Assembly: GCA_017482945.1 (NCBI GenBank)
Contig: JAFUMF010000093.1
Coordinates: forward strand, 1 to 51,688
Length of the DNA: 51,688 bases
Origin: Lachnospiraceae bacterium
Lineage (GTDB): Bacteria; Bacillota; Clostridia; Lachnospirales; Lachnospiraceae
Direction of reading: 5' to 3'
Positions 1-10,595 of the stretch are shown here, one piece after another (the stretch's first letter is position 1; every line of letters begins with the position of its first letter). A program made the translations under genes and the position numbers. The notes below the pieces were generated by a model, which was not told where the DNA came from, did not search any database, and saw only the letters and a program-made list of their open reading frames with translations.

Positions 1-422
1 ACTGTAACTTTCTTACCGTCTACAACTTCTTTTACTCTCTTGCCGTTAGCATCTTTACGAGCAACTTTAGCTGTAACTTTTACTGTCTCGTAGTTGTCTT
101 TCTCTTTAACTGCAAGTGCGATCATACCTTCAACGATCTTCTGTACTTCATCATATACAGTAACTTTCTTGCCATCTACTACTTCTTTTACACGTTTGCC
201 ATCAGCATCTTTACGAGCTACTTTAGCTGTAACTTTAACTACTTCGTAGTTGTCTTTCTCTTTAACTGCAAGAGCGATCATACCTTCAACGATCTTCTTT
301 ACTTCTTTAGCTCTAGCCTCTGTTGTAACGATTTTGCCGTTGTTGATAAGTGCTGTTGTAAGGCTTCTAAGCATAGCCTTTCTCTGATCAGATGTTCTTC
401 CGAGTTTTCTATAACCTGCCAT
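1..422 (-). CDS. rplQ: 50S ribosomal protein L17, 3'-truncated by window edge, with internal 52-aa tandem duplication
   Basis: Manual translation from ATG at 422: [41 protein letters not shown]...; follows rpoA; GGAGG RBS; absent from ORF track because no stop lies in the window. Confidence 0.95.
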   Translation of the reverse strand, partial: MAGYRKLGRTSDQRKAMLRSLTTALINNGKIVTTEARAKEVKKIVEGMIALAVKEKDNYEVVKVTAKVARKDADGKRVKEVVDGKKVTVYDEVQKIVEGMIALAVKEKDNYETVKVTAKVARKDANGKRVKEVVDGKKVT

Positions 423-579
423 GATTTAAATTCTCCTCCATTTGTGTGGAACAATGACCCATGCATCTTCGGGCTTATTGAACCATTGCTTTCTTTGTCC
501 ATATAAATGCGTTTATAGTTCAGACATGTCCCGCCTGCCAAAACAGGTTGGCACGGCTGAACGTGCAACTCACAGTCTA

Positions 580-1542
580 TTACTGCTCGTCGCTGGAATT
601 AAGCTGTAAGCCTAATTCTTTTAATTTTGCAAGTACTTCCTCTAAGGACTTTCTGCCAAGGTTTCTAACCTTCATCATATCCTCAGATGTTCTGCTGCAG
701 AGTTCTTCTACAGTGTTGATACCTGCTCTCTTGAGACAGTTATAAGAACGAACGGAAAGCTCCAGCTCGTCGATATTCATCTCAAGTACTTTTTCTTTTT
801 CATTGTTCTCTTTCTCAACCATGATTTCTGCAGTTTTTGCATTTTCGGAAAGGTCGATGAAGAGGTTTAAGTGCTCGCTTAACACTTTTGCTGCAAGGCT
901 AACTGCCTCGTCCGGATCAAGTGTACCGTTTGTGTAGATTTCCAGAGTGAGCTTGTCATAGTCAGTCATCTGACCAACACGGGTGTTTTCAACAGCCATG
1001 TTTACGCGCTCAACAGGTGTGTAAATGGAATCTACTGCGATCACACCGATCGGAAGATCGTCGCTCTTGTTCTTATCAGCGCTTACGTAGCCACGGCCAT
1101 TTGTGATAGTAAGCTCCATGTAGAACTTGCTGTCTGCGCCGCCGCTTAATGTAGCAATTACCTGCTCCGGGTTCAGGATCTCGATGTCAGCGTCTGCCTG
1201 AATGTCAGCTGCTGTGATCACACCTTCGCCTTCGAACTCGATGTATGCAGTCTTCGGCTCATTTGTATCGCTGTTATTCTTAATTGCTAAGCTCTTGACG
1301 TTCATGATGATCTCAGTAACATCTTCCTTAACACCGGCGATGGAACTGAACTCATGAAGTACTCCGTCGATTTTCACCTGGCTTACTGCAGAACCCGGTA
1401 AAGAAGAAAGCATGATTCTTCTCAGGGAGTTACCCAGAGTTGTGCCGTATCCGCGCTCTAACGGCTCAACGACAAACTTGCCGTATTTTTTATCTTCGGA
1501 AATTTCAGCAATCTCAATGTTTGGTTTCTCAAAATCGAACAA
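580..1542 (-). CDS. rpoA: DNA-directed RNA polymerase subunit alpha
   Basis: [25 protein letters not shown]; [19 protein letters not shown]. Confidence 0.99.
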   Translation of the reverse strand: MFDFEKPNIEIAEISEDKKYGKFVVEPLERGYGTTLGNSLRRIMLSSLPGSAVSQVKIDGVLHEFSSIAGVKEDVTEIIMNVKSLAIKNNSDTNEPKTAYIEFEGEGVITAADIQADADIEILNPEQVIATLSGGADSKFYMELTITNGRGYVSADKNKSDDLPIGVIAVDSIYTPVERVNMAVENTRVGQMTDYDKLTLEIYTNGTLDPDEAVSLAAKVLSEHLNLFIDLSENAKTAEIMVEKENNEKEKVLEMNIDELELSVRSYNCLKRAGINTVEELCSRTSEDMMKVRNLGRKSLEEVLAKLKELGLQLNSSDEQ

Positions 1543-1664
1543 AATAGCCCCTCCTTTTGGGTATGCTTAGACTCAAAAAGGCCCGCTGGACCTTTTCAAT
1601 AGCTGCTAGGCAACAAAATCCACGAAGCGAAGGGATATGAATCCCCCGCTTCGGTGAATACCTA

Positions 1665-2258
1665 TTATTTGGAGTATAACTCGACGATGAGCATCTCGTT
1701 AACCGGAACGTCAATTTCTTCTCTTGCCGGCAGAGATTTAACTGTGCCTTTAAGAGCTTCCTGATCAACATCAAGCCAAGCCGGGATTAAACGGCCGCCT
1801 GTAACTTCCAGGATTAATTTGTAGCGTGTATCGCCTTTGCTCTTCTCTCTGATCTCAACAACGTCGCCAGCTTTGATAAGGTAGGACGGGATGTTTACGC
1901 ACTTGCCGTTTACAAGAACGTGCTTGTGGTCAACGATCTGTCTAGCTTCTTTTCTTGTTCTAGCGAAGCCCATACGGAAGATTACGTTGTCAAGTCTGCG
2001 CTCTAAGAGGATCATGAGGTTTTCACCTGTCTGTCCGCTTAAACGCTCAGCCTTCTCGTAGTAGTTACGGAAAGGTTTCTCAAGTACACCGTAGATGAAT
2101 TTAGCTTTCTGTTTTTCTCTTAACTGAAGGCCGTATTCACTTACTTTTTTGTTAGCTCTTTTAGATTCTCTGTTGGATTTTTTATCTATTCCTAAATAAA
2201 TCGGATCAAGACCAAGGGATCTGCATCTTTTAAGAACAGGAACTCTATCAACTGCCAT
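1665..2258 (-). CDS. rpsD: 30S ribosomal protein S4
   Basis: [20 protein letters not shown] motifs; alpha operon position. Confidence 0.99.
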   Translation of the reverse strand: MAVDRVPVLKRCRSLGLDPIYLGIDKKSNRESKRANKKVSEYGLQLREKQKAKFIYGVLEKPFRNYYEKAERLSGQTGENLMILLERRLDNVIFRMGFARTRKEARQIVDHKHVLVNGKCVNIPSYLIKAGDVVEIREKSKGDTRYKLILEVTGGRLIPAWLDVDQEALKGTVKSLPAREEIDVPVNEMLIVELYSK

Positions 2259-2276
2259 TTATTTACTTCCTCCTAA

Positions 2277-2678
2277 TTAGACTCTTCTACGTTTCGGCGG
2301 ACGGCAACCGTTGTGCGGAACCGGTGTTACGTCCTTAATGCTTGTTACTTCAAGACCGCATGCCTGAAGGGCACGGATCGCTGCCTCACGACCGGAACCC
2401 GGTCCTTTTACCATAACGTCGACGGATTTTAAGCCATGTACAAGAGCTGCCTTAGTTGCAGTTTCTGCAGCCATCTGAGCTGCGTATGGAGTAGATTTCC
2501 TTGAACCTCTAAATCCCAGACCGCCTGCACTTGCCCAAGATAAAGCATTTCCCTGTGCATCTGTTAATGTCACGATTGTGTTGTTAAAAGATGACTGGAT
2601 GTGCGCCTGTCCGCGTTCAACGTTTTTCTTTACACGCTTTTTTGTCACTTTCTTAGCAGTGGACACTTTTTTAGCCAT
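2277..2678 (-). CDS. rpsK: 30S ribosomal protein S11
   Basis: [26 protein letters not shown]. Confidence 0.99.
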   Translation of the reverse strand: MAKKVSTAKKVTKKRVKKNVERGQAHIQSSFNNTIVTLTDAQGNALSWASAGGLGFRGSRKSTPYAAQMAAETATKAALVHGLKSVDVMVKGPGSGREAAIRALQACGLEVTSIKDVTPVPHNGCRPPKRRRV

Positions 2679-2758
2679 TTTAAACTAACCTACTTTCTCG
2701 AATTTTGAATCCTGTTTCCTGTTTTTAAAACATACAACGTGATTCATACTTTAGTTAC

Positions 2759-3127
2759 TTATTTTTTCTTGTTTGCTACTGTCTTTCTCGGACCCTTACA
2801 TGTTCTTGCGTTGGTCTTTGTCTTCTGACCACGAACCGGAAGGCTCTTTCTATGACGAATGCCTCTGTAGCAACCGATTTCCTGAAGTCTCTTGATGTTT
2901 AAAGCGATCTCACGACGTAAATCACCCTCAACAGTCTGAGTCTCAGCGATAACTGCTGCGATGTTCTTAACCTCGTCATCTGTTAAGTCTTTAACACGAG
3001 TATCCGGGTTAACACCAGCATCAGCAAGAATACGGTTTGCACTTGTTCTACCAATACCGTAGATATAAGTTAAGCCGATTTCGACACGTTTTTCTCTTGG
3101 TAAATCAACACCTGAAATACGAGCCAT
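2759..3127 (-). CDS. rpsM: 30S ribosomal protein S13
   Basis: [10 protein letters not shown]...[22 protein letters not shown]. Confidence 0.99.
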   Translation of the reverse strand: MARISGVDLPREKRVEIGLTYIYGIGRTSANRILADAGVNPDTRVKDLTDDEVKNIAAVIAETQTVEGDLRREIALNIKRLQEIGCYRGIRHRKSLPVRGQKTKTNARTCKGPRKTVANKKK

Positions 3128-3237
3128 GAGTGTACCTCCATTTTAATTTAGTAGAAATAGTATTTTGCCGACATAAACAACGCACTCTGGCGAGTCATGT
3201 CAAAGCCGCGCGAAAATTACAGGCAAGATGCGGCAAA

Positions 3238-3351
3238 TTAACCCTGTCTCTGTTTGTGCTTCGGATTTTCACAGATTACTCTGATGCTGCCTTTTCTCTT
3301 AATAATCTTGCACTTTTCGCAAATCGGTTTTACTGATGATCTTACTTTCAC
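3238..3351 (-). CDS. rpmJ: 50S ribosomal protein L36 (Zn-binding type), 37 aa
   Basis: Manual translation from GTG: [37 protein letters not shown]; AGGAG RBS; below ORF track cutoff. Confidence 0.97.
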   Translation of the reverse strand: MKVRSSVKPICEKCKIIKRKGSIRVICENPKHKQRQG

Positions 3352-3511
3352 AGTAATATCTCCTTTCCTTCGTAGTCTGCTTCCTTCCATTCTATCGGTT
3401 TACACACCTGATACCGAAGTCTTTGGGAAACAGCATTACGGGTTGCCATTACCTGTATATAGACACCCTTAAAGGGCATAATACAAGCGTTCCAACAAAG
3501 TTCGCTTGAGC

Positions 3512-3540
3512 ATTATACCACCTTTGTTCTTGAAAATCAA
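3512..3540 (-). promoter_or_regulatory. sigma-A promoter for rpmJ-alpha operon
   Basis: TTGATT-17 bp-TATAAT with TGn extension and AT-rich upstream region. Confidence 0.75.
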
Positions 3541-3606
3541 GTATTTTTTCAACTAATTTTTTGTATTTTTTCCTGTACTTTCTTGTGATTATTCACAAGA
3601 ATCCAA

Positions 3607-3825
3607 TTACTTGTCTCTCCAGATGATACGGCCTTTGGATAAGTCATATGGGGACATTTCCAGTGTTACCTTATCGCCCGGAAGAATTCTGATGTAGTTC
3701 ATGCGGAGCTTGCCGCTGATTGTTGCCAGAACCTTGTGGCCGTTCTCTAACTCAACCTGGAACATAGCGTTCGGAAGTTTTTCAACTACAACGCCTTCAA
3801 TCTCAATTACGTCAGCCTTAGACAT
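3607..3825 (-). CDS. infA: translation initiation factor IF-1
   Basis: [11 protein letters not shown]...[14 protein letters not shown]; start moved to second Met. Confidence 0.98.
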   Translation of the reverse strand: MSKADVIEIEGVVVEKLPNAMFQVELENGHKVLATISGKLRMNYIRILPGDKVTLEMSPYDLSKGRIIWRDK

Positions 3826-3851
3826 ACTTCTCATTACCTCCTGTACGACGT

Positions 3852-4022
3852 CTACTGTCTTTCGTTCTTTATTACCTGGATATGTTTTTTATTTTTTCGG
3901 AGCAATTCTCCGTCCTCACGGACCAGAAAAGCATATTCTCCGCAGTCTTCTTTTATGACATAGATTTTTCCCTTGTCATTTCCGGCCAAAGATCTGGCCT
4001 TCCACCCCGGATTCAGTTCCAT
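3852..4022 (-). CDS. small KOW-domain (L14e-like) RNA-binding protein, 56 aa
   Basis: Manual translation [56 protein letters not shown]; AGGAGG RBS; SxAGxDKG motif; map-KOW-infA position typical of Firmicutes. Confidence 0.8.
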   Translation of the reverse strand: MELNPGWKARSLAGNDKGKIYVIKEDCGEYAFLVREDGELLRKNKKHIQVIKNERQ

Positions 4023-4046
4023 GGAAACTCCTCCTTATTTGCACCC

Positions 4047-4811
4047 TTATTTATCTTCTTTTAATAAGGAAAGAATCTCCGGCTCACCCTCTGTGATCAG
4101 AACTGTATTCTCGTAGTGGGCAGAAAGGGAACCATCCTCTGTCACTACGGTCCAGTCATCGTCCATCCAGACTACTTCCGGACGTCCCATGTTGATCATC
4201 GGCTCGATCGCCAATGTCATGCCAGGACGAAGCAGGATGCCTTTTCTCTTCATTGCGAAGTTCGGCACCTCCGGATCCTCGTGAAGATGGGTTCCGATTC
4301 CGTGACCGACCAGGTCACGAACTACGCCGTAGCCGAAGCTTTCAGCATAAGACTGAATCGCCGTTGAAATATCATTGAGATGGTATCCGGCTTTTGCGAA
4401 TTTGATTCCTTCGAAAAAGCTCTGTTTTGTTACCTCCATCAGCTGTTTTGCTTCCGGTGACACCTCTCCGATCGCCCATGTTCTTGCTGCATCGGAATGG
4501 TAGCCCTGGTAAATAACACCAGCATCAAGACTTACGATATCGCCCTCTTTTAAGATTCTGTGGCGATTCGGAATACCATGTACGACTTCGTCATTGACGG
4601 AAACGCAGATGGATGCCGGATAGCCGTTGTAATTCTTAAAGGAAGGAATGCAGCCATAGCTGCGAATGATCTTCTCACCCAGACGGTCGATATCCAGCGT
4701 GGACATGCCCGGGCGAAGGGCCTTTCTAAGCTCCTCATGAGTCGCTGCCAGGATTTCTCCGGCTTTTCTCATCAGTTCAATTTCTCTCGGCGATTTAATC
4801 GTTACTGCCAT
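4047..4811 (-). CDS. map: type I methionine aminopeptidase
   Basis: SVNDEVVHGIP, GHGIG..LHEDP, AIEPM, SAHYENT. Confidence 0.98.
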   Translation of the reverse strand: MAVTIKSPREIELMRKAGEILAATHEELRKALRPGMSTLDIDRLGEKIIRSYGCIPSFKNYNGYPASICVSVNDEVVHGIPNRHRILKEGDIVSLDAGVIYQGYHSDAARTWAIGEVSPEAKQLMEVTKQSFFEGIKFAKAGYHLNDISTAIQSYAESFGYGVVRDLVGHGIGTHLHEDPEVPNFAMKRKGILLRPGMTLAIEPMINMGRPEVVWMDDDWTVVTEDGSLSAHYENTVLITEGEPEILSLLKEDK

Positions 4812-4814
4812 ATC

Positions 4815-5459
4815 TTATGCTCCTAAAATATTTGTGATATCCTGGAAAACTTCTTCCAAATCTTTCGTACCGTCTACTGTGCGCAGGATTTTCTTGCCAC
4901 AGTAATACTCGATTAACGGCTGAGTCTGGTTGTGGTAAACTGCGAGACGCTTCTTCACTGTTTCCGGCGCATCGTCATCTCGTAAGTATAATGCGGAACC
5001 ACACTTGTCACAGATGCCCTCCTCGTGAGGAGCTGCATAAACGACGTGATAAGTATGACCACAGCCAGGACATGCCCGGCGTCCAGACATACGAGTAACA
5101 ATCTTTTCATCCGGCACGTGAACATTGATTGCATAATCAAGAGAATCTCCTCTGGATCTTAAAGCTGCACTCAAGCTCTCTGCCTGAGGAATTGTACGCG
5201 GAAAACCATCCAGAATATAACCCCCATTACAATCCGGCTGGCTGATTCGATCCATTACAAGATCGATCGTTAAAGAATCCGGAACTAACTGTCCCTTGTC
5301 AATATAAGCTTTTGCCTTTACTCCCAACTCTGTCCCTGCTTTGATGTTTGCTCTGAAAATATCCCCCGTAGAAATATGCGGCAGATCATATTTTTCCATG
5401 ATCATTTCCGCCTGTGTTCCTTTTCCGGCACCTGGTGCACCTAACATAATAATCTTCAT
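4815..5459 (-). CDS. adk: adenylate kinase (Zn-lid type)
   Basis: GAPGAGKGT, LDGFPRT, CPGC...CDKC lid; start at MKIIMLG after GGAGG. Confidence 0.98.
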   Translation of the reverse strand: MKIIMLGAPGAGKGTQAEMIMEKYDLPHISTGDIFRANIKAGTELGVKAKAYIDKGQLVPDSLTIDLVMDRISQPDCNGGYILDGFPRTIPQAESLSAALRSRGDSLDYAINVHVPDEKIVTRMSGRRACPGCGHTYHVVYAAPHEEGICDKCGSALYLRDDDAPETVKKRLAVYHNQTQPLIEYYCGKKILRTVDGTKDLEEVFQDITNILGA

Positions 5460-5581
5460 GAGTTGACCTCCATGAGCTACATGAGCCAAAAAAACACAGT
5501 TTATCCGAAAAAACGGGCGAAATGTTCTTCCGCCCGTTTCGGATATTTTACGATACTGTTGTCATCGTTTCTTATTTAGTC

Positions 5582-6904
5582 TTAGTCATTTAAGAATCCT
5601 CTGTAATTTCTTACAGACATTAAGGACTCTACCTGCTTAATTGTCTCGAGGATTACACCTGCGATAATAATTAAGGATGTTCCACCGAAGGAAAGGCTGC
5701 CTACGCTGAAGAGACCAGATGCGATGATCGGTACCAGGCAGACAATGATAAGTCCTACAGCTCCGATAAATACAACGTTGTTTAATACTTCGTTGAGGTA
5801 ATCGGATGTTGGTTTACCCGGGCGGATACCCGGAATGAAACCGCCTGCTTTCTTCATATTATTAGCAACTTCCATCGGGTTAAACGTAATGGACGTATAG
5901 AAATATGCGAACAGTACGATTAATACGATATAAACAATCAGGCCTACGGAATAGAGCGGCATCTCCGGTCTGAACCAGTTACCTGAGTTTAATGCCATGA
6001 TAATTCTTCCACCGATTGAAGAGTAATCGATTGTGAAGAACTGTGCGATCATTGACGGCATAGACATAATAGAAGAAGCAAAGATTACCGGGATAACACC
6101 AGCAGTATTAACCTTCAGCGGAATGTGGCTGGACTGACCGCCAATCATTCTGCGTCCCTGCATTTTCTTACTATACTGTACCGGAATGCGGCGTACCGCA
6201 CCATTTAAGATAAGAACAAATGCAACCGTCGCAACGATCACTGCCAAGATGATAATAGCCGCAACTGCTGCTACTGCAACAGACTTGCCTGCCATAAATC
6301 TCTCGTATAAGGACATGAGATCCTGCGGAAGGCTGGAAATAATGTTGACAACAAGGATTACAGAAGTACCGTTACCAACACCTTTTTCTGTGATTTTCTC
6401 GCCGATCCACATAAGAAGAGCTGTACCAGCTGTCATTGCAGATACAACAGTTAAATAACCCCAGAAGTTTCTGTGTGCTTCCAGGATCAGTCCCTGTCCG
6501 CCAAGACCTACTGCCATAGCAGTAGACTCGATCACTGCCAGTACGACTGTTACGTATCTTGTGTATTCTGCAATCTTCTTTCTTCCCTCTTCTCCCTCTT
6601 TCTGCATTTCTTCCAGTTTCGGGATCGCAATTGTTAACAACTGCAGGATGATGGAAGCTGTGATATACGGGCTGACACTAAGAGCAAACAGAGACATGGA
6701 GGAGAAAGATCCTCCTGTGATCGCATTTACGAATCCCATACCAGAAGCATCAAGTGCTGCAAAGAATGTGGATAAGTAGCTCGCATCAACGCCCGGAATC
6801 GGAAGGCAAGAGCCCACACGAATAACTACAAGCATCATGAAAGTGAAGAGGATCCTTGTACGGACCTCTTTCACTTTAAATGCGCTCTGTAAAGCTTTTA
6901 ACAT
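5582..6904 (-). CDS. secY: preprotein translocase SecY
   Basis: PYITASIILQLL, GVGNG, IPGIRPGKPT; multiple TM helices. Confidence 0.99.
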   Translation of the reverse strand: MLKALQSAFKVKEVRTRILFTFMMLVVIRVGSCLPIPGVDASYLSTFFAALDASGMGFVNAITGGSFSSMSLFALSVSPYITASIILQLLTIAIPKLEEMQKEGEEGRKKIAEYTRYVTVVLAVIESTAMAVGLGGQGLILEAHRNFWGYLTVVSAMTAGTALLMWIGEKITEKGVGNGTSVILVVNIISSLPQDLMSLYERFMAGKSVAVAAVAAIIILAVIVATVAFVLILNGAVRRIPVQYSKKMQGRRMIGGQSSHIPLKVNTAGVIPVIFASSIMSMPSMIAQFFTIDYSSIGGRIIMALNSGNWFRPEMPLYSVGLIVYIVLIVLFAYFYTSITFNPMEVANNMKKAGGFIPGIRPGKPTSDYLNEVLNNVVFIGAVGLIIVCLVPIIASGLFSVGSLSFGGTSLIIIAGVILETIKQVESLMSVRNYRGFLND

Positions 6905-6905
6905 A

Positions 6906-7346
6906 TTAGATCACCTCGCAGGTTCCACCTAATGCTTCAATTTTAGCCTTTGCTGCCTCACTGAAAGCGTTAGCCTTAACGTTAAGTTTCTTTGTTAACT
7001 CGCCGTTACCAAGGATCTTAACGCCGTCCTGCGCGTTCTTAACCAGTCCAGCCTCAACTAAGCAGTTGATGCAAACTGTGGAATCGTTCTCGAATCTCTC
7101 AAGAGCGCTTACATTAACACCGATGATTTCCTTACGGTTCATGTTTGTGAAGCCTCTCTTCGGGATACGTCTATATAACGGCATCTGACCACCTTCGAAG
7201 CCCGGTCTTGTAGCTCCAGAACGAGCCTTCTGACCCTTGTGACCCTTACCAGCTGTCTTACCGTTTCCAGAAGCATGGCCACGGCCTCTTCTGAAATTAT
7301 CGCTATGCTTGGAACCCTCAGCAGGATGTAAATTAGATAAGTTCAT
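6906..7346 (-). CDS. rplO: 50S ribosomal protein L15
   Basis: [27 protein letters not shown]. Confidence 0.98.
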   Translation of the reverse strand: MNLSNLHPAEGSKHSDNFRRGRGHASGNGKTAGKGHKGQKARSGATRPGFEGGQMPLYRRIPKRGFTNMNRKEIIGVNVSALERFENDSTVCINCLVEAGLVKNAQDGVKILGNGELTKKLNVKANAFSEAAKAKIEALGGTCEVI

Positions 7347-7375
7347 CACTGCACCTCCTTACTTTCTATCAGATC

Positions 7376-7558
7376 TTAGATTTCTTCAACTTTAACCAGA
7401 TGTCTAACATTCTGGATCATGCCTCTAACTGCACCATTGTCCGGCATTTCAACTGTTTTGTGTAATTTCTTTAAGCCAAGTGCTTCAACAGTTGCTCTCT
7501 GCTTCGGAACAGCACCGATAGGGGATTTTACTAATGTGATTAATAATTTCTCTGCCAT
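7376..7558 (-). CDS. rpmD: 50S ribosomal protein L30
   Basis: ITLVKSPIG...LGLKK; position. Confidence 0.97.
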   Translation of the reverse strand: MAEKLLITLVKSPIGAVPKQRATVEALGLKKLHKTVEMPDNGAVRGMIQNVRHLVKVEEI

Positions 7559-7573
7559 TTTTATATCCTCCTA

Positions 7574-8083
7574 TTAGCAAACAACTTCTTCTACAGATTT
7601 GCCACGGTTCTTAGCAACCTGCTCCGGTGTCTTTAAGTTTGTAAGACCAGCGATTGTTGCAAGAACTACGTTTGTCTTGTTGTTGGAGCCTAAAGATTTT
7701 GTACGAATGTTTTTAATACCAGCAAGCTCTACAACGGAACGAACCGGGCCGCCTGCGATGATACCAGTACCTTCCGGTGCTCTCTTTAAGAGTACGGAAG
7801 AGCTTCCGAACTCACCAAGGAAGTCGTGCGGGATACTGTTGTTCTCGTCCATCGGGATAGCAACCATGTTCTTGATTGCTGCCTCTTTACCTTTACGGAT
7901 AGCTTCCGGAACCTCGGCTGCTTTACCGAGACCTGCGCCTACATGGCCATTGCCGTCGCCTACTACTACCAGAGCGGAAAATCTCATGGTACGTCCACCT
8001 TTTACAGTCTTGGATACGCGCTTGATGGCAACTACTTTGTCATTTAACTCGAACTGACTTGCATCAATGATTGTACGTTTCAT
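7574..8083 (-). CDS. rpsE: 30S ribosomal protein S5
   Basis: [20 protein letters not shown]. Confidence 0.99.
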   Translation of the reverse strand: MKRTIIDASQFELNDKVVAIKRVSKTVKGGRTMRFSALVVVGDGNGHVGAGLGKAAEVPEAIRKGKEAAIKNMVAIPMDENNSIPHDFLGEFGSSSVLLKRAPEGTGIIAGGPVRSVVELAGIKNIRTKSLGSNNKTNVVLATIAGLTNLKTPEQVAKNRGKSVEEVVC

Positions 8084-8101
8084 GCTGTATTCTCCTCTCT
8101 A

Positions 8102-8470
8102 CTAGAATTCCAGACCAGCTTCACGAGCTGCATCTGCTAAAGCCTGAATCTTGCCCTGATAGATGAAACCGCCGCGATCGAAAACGACTGCTGTGATGCC
8201 TTTTTCGATTGCTCTCTTTGCGATTACAGTTCCAACGTATGCAGCTGCCTCAACTGTATCAGTGTTCTCTAATTCTGCTTTGATCTCTTTTTCAAGAGTG
8301 GAAGCAGCAACTAAAGTATGACCGATGGAATCGTCGATGATCTGTGCATACATATGATTATTACTTCTGAACACTGCTAAACGCGGTCTCTCTGCTGTAC
8401 CAGCAAAGCGGTTGCGTAATCTATAGTGTTTTTTTCTGCGGATTTCGCTTCTAGACTGCTTACTAACCAT
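8102..8470 (-). CDS. rplR: 50S ribosomal protein L18
   Basis: [25 protein letters not shown]. Confidence 0.99.
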   Translation of the reverse strand: MVSKQSRSEIRRKKHYRLRNRFAGTAERPRLAVFRSNNHMYAQIIDDSIGHTLVAASTLEKEIKAELENTDTVEAAAYVGTVIAKRAIEKGITAVVFDRGGFIYQGKIQALADAAREAGLEF

Positions 8471-8489
8471 TTTCTACACTCTCCTTAAA

Positions 8490-9032
8490 TTACTTTTTAC
8501 CAGTCTTACCAACTTTACGTCTGATAACTTCATCAGCGTACTTGATACCTTTGCCCTTATACGGCTCCGGCTCTCTCTTGCTTCTGATTTCAGCTGCGAA
8601 CTGACCAACTTTTTCTTTGTCGATACCCTTAACGATGATGATGTTCTGACCTTCCAGAACTGTCTCGATACCTTCCGGATCTTCCATCTCTACCGGATGG
8701 GAGTAACCAAGGTTCAGAGTTAACTTCTTACCAGCTTTTGCTGCTCTGTAACCAACACCGTTAACTTCCAGCTTCTTCTCGTAGCCAGCTGTAACACCGT
8801 GGATCATGTTGAAGATTAATGTTCTTGTAAGACCGTGAAGAGATTTCATTCTCTTTAAGTCGTTCGGTCTAGTAACGATAATCTGTCCAGCTTCTTCTTT
8901 GATTTCCATTTCAACCGGTAACTCTCTTACCAGTTCACCCTTCGGACCTTTAACGGTCACAACATTGTTCTCTGCGATTGTAACAGTTACACCTGCTGGA
9001 ATCGCAACCGGCATTCTACCAATACGTGACAT
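8490..9032 (-). CDS. rplF: 50S ribosomal protein L6
   Basis: [19 protein letters not shown]. Confidence 0.99.
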   Translation of the reverse strand: MSRIGRMPVAIPAGVTVTIAENNVVTVKGPKGELVRELPVEMEIKEEAGQIIVTRPNDLKRMKSLHGLTRTLIFNMIHGVTAGYEKKLEVNGVGYRAAKAGKKLTLNLGYSHPVEMEDPEGIETVLEGQNIIIVKGIDKEKVGQFAAEIRSKREPEPYKGKGIKYADEVIRRKVGKTGKK

Positions 9033-9259
9033 GCCTAATACCTCCTACTTAAATTCTCGGAGAGTGCTTTTACACTCCCTGTTTTCAGTTTCTATGTTAT
9101 TGCCTTTGAGTTGCAAAGGGTTATATGCCTTTGAACATGCAAAGGCCGCACCTACGCCGCCCTTCTCAATTATGAGTTTTGCAGGCGACGGGTGAGCATA
9201 ACCTTGGATATTATATATTAATCAGCAAATATTTGCAAGTACTTTAATAAGTACAATGA

Positions 9260-9661
9260 TTACCAAACAAATGCAAGTACTTCGCCGCCAACACCGAGCT
9301 CTCTTGCTTTCTTATCTGTGATAACGCCCTGGTTTGTGGAAACGATAGCGATGCCAAGACCGCCAAGTACTTTCGGCATATCTTCCTTACCAGCGTAAAT
9401 ACGAAGGCCCGGTTTGGAGATTTTCTTGATGCCGGAGATGATTCTCTCATTTTTGTTGTTGCCATATTTTAAGGAGATGCGGATTGTCTGGAATCCACCA
9501 TCTTCTACGATTTCATATTTCTTAATGTAACCTTCTTCTACAAGAATATCAGCGATAGCTAATTTCATCTTGGAAGCCGGTACGTCTACTGTATCGTGTT
9601 TAGCAGTATTTGCGTTACGAATTCTAGTAAGCATATCTGCAATCGGATCGCTCATTGTCAT
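9260..9661 (-). CDS. rpsH: 30S ribosomal protein S8
   Basis: [17 protein letters not shown]; start corrected to ATG 9661 after AGGAGG. Confidence 0.98.
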   Translation of the reverse strand: MTMSDPIADMLTRIRNANTAKHDTVDVPASKMKLAIADILVEEGYIKKYEIVEDGGFQTIRISLKYGNNKNERIISGIKKISKPGLRIYAGKEDMPKVLGGLGIAIVSTNQGVITDKKARELGVGGEVLAFVW

Positions 9662-9831
9662 TTTAATTTTCCTCCTTATGGATTGTTGGTTGTCACACTG
9701 TGAGTTCGCAAATCCCTTGCGCTTCACAGTACAGTTCTTCACGGAAAAAGGTGAAGAACAGCTGACTTGCCATTTCACTTGATGAGGTTCTTTCGAACCT
9801 CGTCAAGTCATTGGTCAAGTTTATTTCCAGC

Positions 9832-10017
9832 TTACCAGCTAGCCTTCTTAACACCCGGAATCTCGCCCTTGTAAGCAAGTTCACGGAAGCAGATACGGCA
9901 GATGCCGTATTTTCTCAGATATGCATGTGGACGACCACAGATTCTGCAACGGTTGTATTCTCTTGTGGAGAACTTTGCCGGACGCTGCTGTTTAATCTTC
10001 ATTGAAGTTTTAGCCAT
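9832..10017 (-). CDS. rpsZ: 30S ribosomal protein S14 type Z (Zn-binding)
   Basis: 61 aa, CRICGR...CRICFRE. Confidence 0.97.
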   Translation of the reverse strand: MAKTSMKIKQQRPAKFSTREYNRCRICGRPHAYLRKYGICRICFRELAYKGEIPGVKKASW

Positions 10018-10033
10018 GGATAAATCCTCCTAC

Positions 10034-10573
10034 TTATTTTGCAAACGGCATGTTGAATAATCTTAAAAGTTCACGTGCCTCTTCATCTGTCTTAGCGGTT
10101 GTAACGAAAATAATGTCCATACCTCTAACTTTGTCAACCTTATCGTACTCGATTTCCGGGAAGATTAACTGCTCTTTGATACCAAGTGCATAGTTACCTC
10201 TGCCGTCGAATGCGTTAGCATTTACGCCGCGGAAGTCACGTACACGCGGAAGAGCAAGGTTGATCAGACGATCTGCAAACTCATACATTTTCTCGCCACG
10301 GAGAGTAACCTTACATCCGATAGCCATACCCTCTCTGATTTTGAAGTTAGCAACGGACTTTTTAGCCTTTGTCAGAACTGCTTTCTGACCTGTAATGATC
10401 TCAAGGTCACGAACTGCAGAGTCAAGGACTTTCGCGTTGTCTTTAGCTTCGCCTACGCCCATGTTGATAACGATCTTATCGAGCTTCGGCACTTCCATGA
10501 TATTCTTATATCCAAACTTTTTGATCATTGCATCAACGATCTCGTTCTGGTACATTTCTTTTAATCTAGCCAA
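10034..10573 (-). CDS. rplE: 50S ribosomal protein L5
   Basis: [16 protein letters not shown]. Confidence 0.99.
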   Translation of the reverse strand: MARLKEMYQNEIVDAMIKKFGYKNIMEVPKLDKIVINMGVGEAKDNAKVLDSAVRDLEIITGQKAVLTKAKKSVANFKIREGMAIGCKVTLRGEKMYEFADRLINLALPRVRDFRGVNANAFDGRGNYALGIKEQLIFPEIEYDKVDKVRGMDIIFVTTAKTDEEARELLRLFNMPFAK

Positions 10574-10595
10574 CTTTTTTTCCTCCTCTCTGCTC

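Noticed and set aside
299-568. 89-aa minus-strand ORF from the track
   Set aside because: Out-of-frame overlap with the real rplQ start at 422
7062-7073. CxxC (CINC) in ribosomal protein L15
   Set aside because: Single pair in a variable region with no second ligand pair; likely incidental
9662-9778. N-terminal extensions of S8 and similarly S17, Adk, MscL, RidA and the MsmX-like protein in the ORF track
   Set aside because: Longest-ORF artefacts; RBS and family N-termini point to downstream starts
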